From: Candidatus Poseidoniales archaeon
GTDB lineage: Archaea > Thermoplasmatota > Poseidoniia > Poseidoniales > Poseidoniaceae
Reading direction: 5' to 3'
Assembly (NCBI GenBank): GCA_003602635.1
Contig: QQSJ01000039.1
Coordinates: 1 to 46,060 of the forward strand
Length of the DNA: 46,060 nucleotides
This document shows positions 9,833 through 17,100 of the stretch, piece by piece. The stretch's first letter is position 1. Each line of letters begins with the position of its first letter. A program made the translations under genes and the position numbers. A model generated the notes under the pieces. The model ran no database searches, was not told the DNA's origin, and worked only from the letters and a program-made list of their open reading frames with translations.

Positions 9833-10855
9833 TCATCGGTCACGCTTCCTTGGGGGGCCAAAGAAAAGCGAACGCAACATCCCCAAGGTGAATCCTGTGT
9901 GAAGCATGACCAGGCAGATCGGTACACCGACCAAGCCCGTGATGCGACCGGATTGAACCATGGACCCCAATCCTGCGGCAAGCAACACCGCAAGGTATGC
10001 GAGCACCGGATAGGTCACGTAGCCAGGAGCGGTCAGAGCAAGCACCCCACAAAGGATCGCTCCGAACAATGGGGCAAACTCGCGGGGGTCGGCTCGACCG
10101 GGGTGAGCACGAAGCAAACGGCCGCGCCAATACCCGTACCGCACCGCCATACGCCAATGCCCCACCAAGGAGGTCCTCCGATGCATTCGGACCGTGACCG
10201 TCGGGTCGCGTTCAATGATGCCACCTGCGTCGAGCAACCGCATGGACAAGTCGCTGTCTTGGCTGGTCACGAAATCCGTGTCCCAACCCCCAACGGCCTC
10301 CACCGATGTTCGGCGATGGGTTGCGAAGGCCGGAACCTTGGTGCGTCCTGTTTCAGAGAAGGATGCGAATTGGCCGCCGCCCCGTCCGATCCGTGATCTC
10401 AACGCCCCGTCGACCCAACCTTCCACGGCGGACGACGGTGTGGATGGCCCAAGCACACGGACGCCCATGGCCACCAACGCCTCTGCATGACGGTCGACTC
10501 CGGAGGCCCAGGCGCGACGCCGTGAGGACAAGTGCTCGGCTTCGATCCGAACGTGTCCGATGAGTTCCACCAGCAGTTCAACGTCGTCGCTGAGATGCTT
10601 CATCGCCAGATTTCTCGCGTGTGGAACGGTGCGCTCTGGGTTGTCGATGACACGAAACGCATGACCGTTGTTTGGTCGATGCGCATCGAGCAGCGCACGG
10701 GTACCGTCGGTGGAGCCACCGTCGAGGACGATGACGTCGTAATCAGACGCGGGCAAGTCTTGGCTTTCCAAATCTGCAAGCAGACCGGGCAGGTGAGCCG
10801 CCTCGTCAAGGACGGGGATGACGACCGCCATCCTTGGGCCCTGCAGGTTGGTCAC
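9833..10855 (-). CDS. Glycosyltransferase family 2 (ExoA-like) with C-terminal TM helices
   Basis: AVVIPVLDE, VIVLDGGSTDGT, ARN, VGGWD...SQDSDLSMRL...YGYWR; real start is GTG 10855 or ATG 10831 (the track ORF is over-extended). Confidence 0.9.
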   Translation of the reverse strand: MTNLQGPRMAVVIPVLDEAAHLPGLLADLESQDLPASDYDVIVLDGGSTDGTRALLDAHRPNNGHAFRVIDNPERTVPHARNLAMKHLSDDVELLVELIGHVRIEAEHLSSRRRAWASGVDRHAEALVAMGVRVLGPSTPSSAVEGWVDGALRSRIGRGGGQFASFSETGRTKVPAFATHRRTSVEAVGGWDTDFVTSQDSDLSMRLLDAGGIIERDPTVTVRMHRRTSLVGHWRMAVRYGYWRGRLLRAHPGRADPREFAPLFGAILCGVLALTAPGYVTYPVLAYLAVLLAAGLGSMVQSGRITGLVGVPICLVMLHTGFTLGMLRSLFFGPPRKRDR

Positions 10856-10940
10856 GCGCTGTGGTCTTCCCCGTCGGACTTGATGCTGTCCCCCTCGCAA
10901 GGCCCGATGGCTTGAGAACCGGGACCCTCTCGTCGGCACG

Positions 10941-11462
10941 ATGACCGCGCCTCGTGTTCGCCTTACCGGCGTCGACGAAGGGCTTGAGGTCATCGTCCGA
11001 ACCAGGATCAAAGGGGGAGAAGACGGGGCACGAATTGCCGAGGCATTTGCCGCCCTTTTTCCCAACGCTCCACCGGTGGAGTGGCCGGCATCTCCGACCT
11101 TTCCAACCGAGCAAGACGTCATGATCGAAATCACGCAGGTGCCCCTTGACACCTTGCTGACAAAATTGCACGAGCAGCGCATCCTCGACACGGCCTTGGA
11201 CGCCATGGGCGCAGCCTTGGACGGCCATGTGGCCGTGTTCTCCATCGAGCGGGTGGCTGCCCTGGCAGGGAAAGTGACCTTTGGACTGCCGGACCATTCC
11301 CCACTCGGTGGCGTCTTCGACGTGGAAGTGTCCGGTGAAGGCGTGGAAGATTGGTTGCTGGCCGCCACCCATCACGCAGGTCGAGCGCGCGTCCCACGGC
11401 ATCTTGGTGACGAACGCGCCATGGCCGAGGACGGGGAAGCCGTGACCTGGTTTGAGCGATGA
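10941..11462 (+). CDS. UPF0201/DUF54 archaeal predicted RNA-binding protein
   Basis: 'ED...IAEAFAALFP', 'LHEQRILDTA', 'AALAGKVTF...PLGG' match my recollection of the family pattern. Confidence 0.72.
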   Translation: MTAPRVRLTGVDEGLEVIVRTRIKGGEDGARIAEAFAALFPNAPPVEWPASPTFPTEQDVMIEITQVPLDTLLTKLHEQRILDTALDAMGAALDGHVAVFSIERVAALAGKVTFGLPDHSPLGGVFDVEVSGEGVEDWLLAATHHAGRARVPRHLGDERAMAEDGEAVTWFER

Positions 11463-12455
11463 TCAGCCCTGCGGAATCAAGGCCATGATGACGTCTCGAT
11501 CTGGACCCAGCCAAGCGTATTCGTCCACGTCGTCACTTGGACCGAACCACCGAATTTCGTCGTGTGCGTTTGAAGTGAAGGTCTCAGGCCTTGGCCCAAC
11601 CGCGTGCACGGTGATGACGTTGATGCGGTACCGAAGCCAAGGCTGCCGCCCCCACCAGTGGCCATGACAGGCGCCCGCTTCCACCGCAAAGCCCAGCTCT
11701 TCCATCCACTCCCGAACCACGGCCTGCTGCAGCGATTCGCCGGGTTCGAACTTCCCCCCCGGGAGTTCCCATTGACCCGCGGCCGCTTCGGTTGGGCCAC
11801 GACGGGCGACCAACACCGCATCCCCTTCGAAGAGGGCGCCAGCGGCGACGTCGATGACCGGTGGGAAGAGCATCCGTGCCAGCACGGCTTGGGCCATGGA
11901 ACCGCTTCGCTCCAAACTCCAATGCTCCTCCGAGGGGACATGGAGAAACAGCACCGGCGGTGGGGATTCCATGCGTGCGCATGCGGCGAGGGTCTGGTGC
12001 AGCGTTTCGTTGCACACATAGCCACCCGCATCATCGGACCACGTGGCCTCAGGATCGCATTCCATCAGATGAAAGCGGTCCTTGTCGACGCCCGCAGCAA
12101 GGTCGCCCGCACCGGTGATTGGAGCATCAGCGACGTGCCGGCCTGCGTTGTCGGGTTCTCGCATCGTCAAGCGGTCACGGCCCATCCATTCGAGACGCGC
12201 ATGGGTGCATGACCCACAGAGACCGAGGTGCAGCACGGCATCCCATCGTGATCCATTCATCAGCCTCTGTCCAGTTTCAGCAGCACCGGTTGCGTCGACG
12301 GAAAGGAGCCGTGCCTCGACGTTCACCGTCTCCGATGCCCCGGTCCATGGGTCGTGAACTTCCATGGTGGCAGGCCATGCTCGCACCAACGACTCGGTCG
12401 GATTGACGGCGTGGTCCGAGAAGGCTCCGAAGCCCGTGATGAGGACCCGCCGCAT
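11463..12455 (-). CDS. Fusion: pyroglutamyl peptidase I (C15) + MutT-like NUDIX hydrolase
   Basis: N-terminal: VLITGFGAF...NPT, HLGL, catalytic E (ARLEWMG), SDDAGGYVCN, FLHVP. C-terminal: WELPGGKFEPGESLQQAVVREWMEELG (complete Nudix box). Confidence 0.9.
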   Translation of the reverse strand: MRRVLITGFGAFSDHAVNPTESLVRAWPATMEVHDPWTGASETVNVEARLLSVDATGAAETGQRLMNGSRWDAVLHLGLCGSCTHARLEWMGRDRLTMREPDNAGRHVADAPITGAGDLAAGVDKDRFHLMECDPEATWSDDAGGYVCNETLHQTLAACARMESPPPVLFLHVPSEEHWSLERSGSMAQAVLARMLFPPVIDVAAGALFEGDAVLVARRGPTEAAAGQWELPGGKFEPGESLQQAVVREWMEELGFAVEAGACHGHWWGRQPWLRYRINVITVHAVGPRPETFTSNAHDEIRWFGPSDDVDEYAWLGPDRDVIMALIPQG

Positions 12456-12538
12456 GACCGTGGGTTCCGTCCAAGGACCATGAGGTCGTCGCTCATGACG
12501 CCAACACGTTGAGAAAGCATCAGGTCTTCATTGAGGGC

Positions 12539-12871
12539 ATGGGAGAGGAACTCGTCGTCTCCCTGCCGGTTGAGGCGCCCCGCCGTGTCGGGCCGCTGAC
12601 GCTGCTTCGCGAGATTTGGCGCGAGGTCACCTTTGGCATTGGCGTGTGGGGATCCGCACGTCCCTTGTTCACGGTGCTTCTTGCTGCCGTGCCCTTCCTC
12701 TTTCTCGGACAACACATCAACCGAGAGCACCGCAAAGGCATCGATTTTGGTTTGCTCCAAATTCCGTTGGCTCTCACGGTCATCCTCTGGGTGGCCTTGT
12801 ACCTCTGGTCCATCTTTGACGCCTGGAGAGCGGCCACGGCCATCGTTGCACGTGGCGGTTTGACCGACTAA
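12539..12871 (+). CDS. Small hypothetical membrane protein (2-3 TM)
   Basis: ATG at 12539; hydrophobic segments PLFTVLLAAVPFLFLG and IPLALTVILWVALYLWSIFDAW. Confidence 0.7.
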   Translation: MGEELVVSLPVEAPRRVGPLTLLREIWREVTFGIGVWGSARPLFTVLLAAVPFLFLGQHINREHRKGIDFGLLQIPLALTVILWVALYLWSIFDAWRAATAIVARGGLTD

Positions 12872-13656
12872 GGTCGCCAGAGTTGCTGCTCGGCTTCGAG
12901 GTCACCCGATGCCAAATCCGTCAGGTCAGCACGGTCGTCGTCATCGAAGTCGTCGGGCAGCTGACCGCTGAAGATGGCACCCAAGGAAGAGGATTCAACG
13001 GCCCAATACATCACGGAATCCTCGTTTGAGGAGTGGCCTGGATGGTCGGCGTCTTCGTGGTCTCGGGGGGACGTGTAGACCAAGTTCACCAGCCCAAGCA
13101 AGTGACCCACTTCGTGGAGCGCCACGCTGTTCTCAATGTCCTCCGCACTCGGCCTTTGTAGGATGTTTTCGGCATCGTCAATGCTGTCACGAAACACGGC
13201 GACGTCCGCGGCGTTGACGGCCACGCCGAGCACGTTGTCGTCGTCATAGCTGCCTGAGGGGAACAGGACATGCCAACGTAGCGTGGTTTCGTCCATGGGC
13301 GGCGCCTCACGGTGTTCCAAAGCCTGAGCACGAACGTCATCGGCGCTCCATGCGCCGTCCTGATCAAACGAAGTTTCGGTGATGACGGCCTTGACGCCTT
13401 CTGGTTTGTCGCAGACGTCGCTCAGGCGGTCGATCAGCAACTCGACCGTGGTGGCCTCAGGAGCGTAGCCAGGAGCGTGATCGATTTCGATCACCATGTC
13501 CGTGAATTGGGCGGATGAGAGGCACGCCAACGTGAGGCCTCCTGGAACGCCACGCTGTTCGGGCAAGGCATCGGTGACCGTGTCTCGAAGCCCACCGAGG
13601 CAGCCTTGCAGCAGCACAAGGCTTGCCAGCATCAACGCCAGCATGACCCGCTGCAT
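12868..13656 (-). CDS. Zinc metalloprotease lipoprotein (metzincin-like)
   Basis: Lipobox LLQG|C; HEVGHLLGL; downstream HEDADHPGH and Met-turn-like SVMY. Confidence 0.85.
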   Translation of the reverse strand: MQRVMLALMLASLVLLQGCLGGLRDTVTDALPEQRGVPGGLTLACLSSAQFTDMVIEIDHAPGYAPEATTVELLIDRLSDVCDKPEGVKAVITETSFDQDGAWSADDVRAQALEHREAPPMDETTLRWHVLFPSGSYDDDNVLGVAVNAADVAVFRDSIDDAENILQRPSAEDIENSVALHEVGHLLGLVNLVYTSPRDHEDADHPGHSSNEDSVMYWAVESSSLGAIFSGQLPDDFDDDDRADLTDLASGDLEAEQQLWRP

Positions 13657-13692
13657 GATGTGCGGTCGCCGGCGCCAAATTTGAACCCGCGC

Positions 13693-14136
13693 TCAGAAGT
13701 CATCAGGAATGTCCAACGGAGAAAACAAGCGGCCTGGCCCGTCTGCTGCAGCCAATTGTGAGCGCACCATGTGTTCCCAAGGCCGCAGCGCAAGGAGCCC
13801 ATGGATAAGGTCGGCGTCCACTTCTTGCAAGGTCACACGAATCAGCGTGTCCAGAATGTCCATTCGGTCGGCATCAACGTGGTCGAGCAAGCGGTCAAGC
13901 GTGAAGGCTGAATCCGCCCCAGACCCTGCCTCTTCGTCAAGTGGCCAAGGTGACCTGACGCGTGCGTCAAGCTCGTGTCCCTGTTGCTCTGCCCACGCCT
14001 CAAGCGGCTCAAGCATCGAGGTGATGCGCCGCTGAAGCACGATGGCGACTTCCACGATGGGCATGCCAAGTTGCCCGATGAGATGGACCATCCGTTCGGT
14101 CAACGTCACCATGCCATCAACGTCGTCGGAAGCCAT
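13693..14136 (-). CDS. Hypothetical acidic cytoplasmic protein (147 aa)
   Basis: ATG-started ORF filling the gap; 9 nt from the upstream gene; protein-like composition. Confidence 0.7.
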   Translation of the reverse strand: MASDDVDGMVTLTERMVHLIGQLGMPIVEVAIVLQRRITSMLEPLEAWAEQQGHELDARVRSPWPLDEEAGSGADSAFTLDRLLDHVDADRMDILDTLIRVTLQEVDADLIHGLLALRPWEHMVRSQLAAADGPGRLFSPLDIPDDF

Positions 14137-14145
14137 CGCCAGGCC

Positions 14146-17100
14146 TCACAACGCGTCGAGGAACGACCAACCGTAGTGCGCCCACTGTTCCTCGGTCCAA
14201 CCGGCTGGAAGGCCGGTGGGTGGCTTTGGAGGAAGACCACGCGGGTCGTCGGTCGTCAACGGAGCAGGGGCCGGTTCTGGAGCGGCCATCAGCTCAGGCT
14301 CGCTGGTCGGCATCACCAACCCAGGAGGCAAGGGCGTTGCAGATTCCACGTTCAGTCCTGACGGCGGTGGAAGGTCTGCCAAGGCTGGAAGGGCCTTCGG
14401 GGCCGTGTCCATCGTGGCGATGACGGCCTTGGTCTGATCTTCGCTTCCGACCTCTTCGTCGCCGTACTTCATGCGGCGGTACATCACCAACATCCACACG
14501 GCCGCCGACACGGAAATCATCGTGATGACGTAGAGGAAGAGACTGAACCGCTGCTCACCCAAGTCTTCGCGTAGGGCATCCCCGTCCCGGGCGACGTCCT
14601 CGGTCAACAAGAGCGGAGCCACAGGCATCCGGTCGGCCTCAACGCCGTCCACCAAGAGGAGCAAGCGGTGTTCGAGACGATCGCCGACTTCTCCGTCGGC
14701 CATGACCTCGAGTTGAACCTGAACGTCAGCGTTCGCGGCAGCGGTCAGATCCTCGCGCGCAATTTCAGCCCAGAAGCCTGCGTCTTGACGACGTTGAAGC
14801 ACAAAGGACACCTCGCCGGTGCCGCCTTCGTTGGAAGCCTGGACGTCCAAGACGGCCGCCTGGTTGGGTGCGGGGCTGGGGTTGTCCCACAAGGCTGCGG
14901 CCGAAGGCAGGTCGATGGACGGACCGATCAAGGAAAGCGGCCATGTCGCGAAAGGCGTCTCCACGGTGTTCGACGAGGTGTCGAAGGGGTTCCCTGCAGC
15001 GTCGCTTCCGGAGACCCAAACGTCCACCATGTACGTGGGAAGGAGCGTTGTCGCTCCACCGTCGGTCAAATCCAAATTGCCGCTCCAGAAGAATTGCTCG
15101 CCGAAGGGCGTGGTGTCCGGCAATTCCAGCGCACCTCGCGAAATTTCGGCTTCGCCTGCCCTCACACGGTAGTGAAGCACGGCAGACTCGTCGGTGTCAA
15201 ACCCGTGGTCGTCAAGGGTCTCAAGTTGGACCAGCAAATCGTGGGCTTGCCCAATCGGTAAATCTTGACCGGCTTCGATTCTTGAGAGCGAAACCGCCGC
15301 CAAACTCGGTGGCGTGCTGTCGACGATGAACCGAACACGTGGGACCAATTCCGTCTGGTCTTCTGCCAATCCGGGCAGGTCGTCCAGCCCCAACTTCAGA
15401 TCAAGGTAGCCCGAGCGGATGCCGGGCACCAGCAAATCGAGCGAGAATTCGCCGTCGGTTCGTGGGCTGGTGACCCAGATGTGGTCGTAGTCGCCGAAGG
15501 TGACGTCGAAGGCACCGGCGGGCGCGGGCGTCTCGTCTTCGGAAAACAGCACACGACCGGTGACGCGCAAGGCTTGACCTGCACCGATGATGCTCTCATC
15601 AAACTCGTCGTTGTAGTGGTTCGTGCCGTCGCGCAATTCCACGGCGCGGATGTGGCCACGTTCGGTGTCAAAGCGGAAATCGTTGTCCAGACTCCACCAG
15701 TTGTCGCCCAAGCTGGCGTCCACCTCGTAACATGGAACGTCAGGCTCGAGGCCACAGGGCTGGTCGGTGACCTGCAATTTGGGCCGGATGAAGGACTCAC
15801 CGTCGGTGTCAAAGGACTCTGGGAAGGACCACGTCAGTTGGAACAAGGCGCTGATGATGATCCGGTTTGGATCCTCAGCATCGAGTTGCACGCTTGAGTA
15901 GAGGTTGCTGACCGCGAGGAATTCCCCACCGGTGCTCATCTCAGCGACGGGCAGCCCGTCGGCGTCAGGAGCCAAGGAGATGAAGATGGACGTGTCGTCG
16001 TCGTCGAAGTCGCCACCAAGGGCGAATTGAACCTGTTGGATGTCCTGCCAGCCGTTGCCGTCGGACAGGGTGATTTGCGCCGTGTAGGGCACGCCGGGGT
16101 GCAGCGGTGACTCGTCGTCATGGCCAACGATGGTGGAATTCGCCGCGTCAAGTTCGGGTTGGAACTCCTCGCGCACGGTGTACGTCACCAAGTCAGCGTT
16201 CCAATCTGGGGGCACCTCAGAGGCTCCCCTGGTGCCGCAGTTCTGAGCACCAAGGTCCTCGGGACAGACGGGGCCGCCACCCATGGCCACCACGTTGTCC
16301 TGAGGGTCTTTCCCGGTGATGTAGTAGGAGACGCGCTGTCCGTGGACGAGCATGGAGTCGTCGATGCTGGTCTCGAAGATGTTCAGGCCGCCGGCCCTGA
16401 TTTCAGGGGAAGAGACGGTCTTGAGTTCGTATTCCTCTGCCTGCGGAAGGCCGTCGAAATTGTAGTCCGTGCAGCCAATCGCTTGGCTGGCCTTGCATCC
16501 AAGCCAGTAGTGAAGGCTGATTTGGTTGGGCGGGTCCACCGAGTCTTGGATGACGATGCTGATCGGTTGCGCGGTCGCAGCGTGCAGTTCGACGCCGTCC
16601 ATGGGGTCGGAGGAGAGCACCAACGGCGAGTTGCCGTCAAGCGTCAAGCGGATCGTGTTGTAGCCCGGGTTGGTGAAGGTGGAACCGTTGGCCAAGTTGA
16701 CCGCTTCCACGTAGAAGACCATCCCGCCGGGGGCACTCTCAATCGGGGATTGGAGGGTGATGTTGTACTCACCAAAGGCCGGGTTCGTGGTCGTGGCGAG
16801 CACCACTGGTTCACCGATGGCATCGCCGTCATAGGTGACGTTTTGACCGAGCACACGGAGGTCGAATTCGCCTCCCAAGGGGCTCAATTGGCTGCCTTGG
16901 AAGTAGATCTTCCCGGCGAAACTCAAGTTGTAACCTCCGCGAACCCAATCCAATGGGTAGAGTTCTCGACCGGTTTCGTCGTAGACGCGTAGTCCGTCGA
17001 GTTGAACGTCGTTCTCGACGCGAACGTCGAGGTTGGACGTGGTCCAGTCCGTCACCTGTTCACCGATTGGATCAATGACGGTGATGTTGGCCTCCATCGA

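Noticed and set aside
10856..10940. Possible small RNA or tRNA in short intergenic gaps (also 12456-12538 and 25394-25524)
   Set aside because: No cloverleaf, T-loop or C/D box pair was convincingly seen; the gaps fit divergent promoters.
3277..11368. Long N-terminal extensions in the ORF track for rps15 (3978), the 5427 ORF, dnaJ (9056) and GT2 (11368); likewise at 25396, 29527 and 37114
   Set aside because: They overlap neighbouring genes, and family N-termini, signal peptides and SD motifs support the shorter starts.
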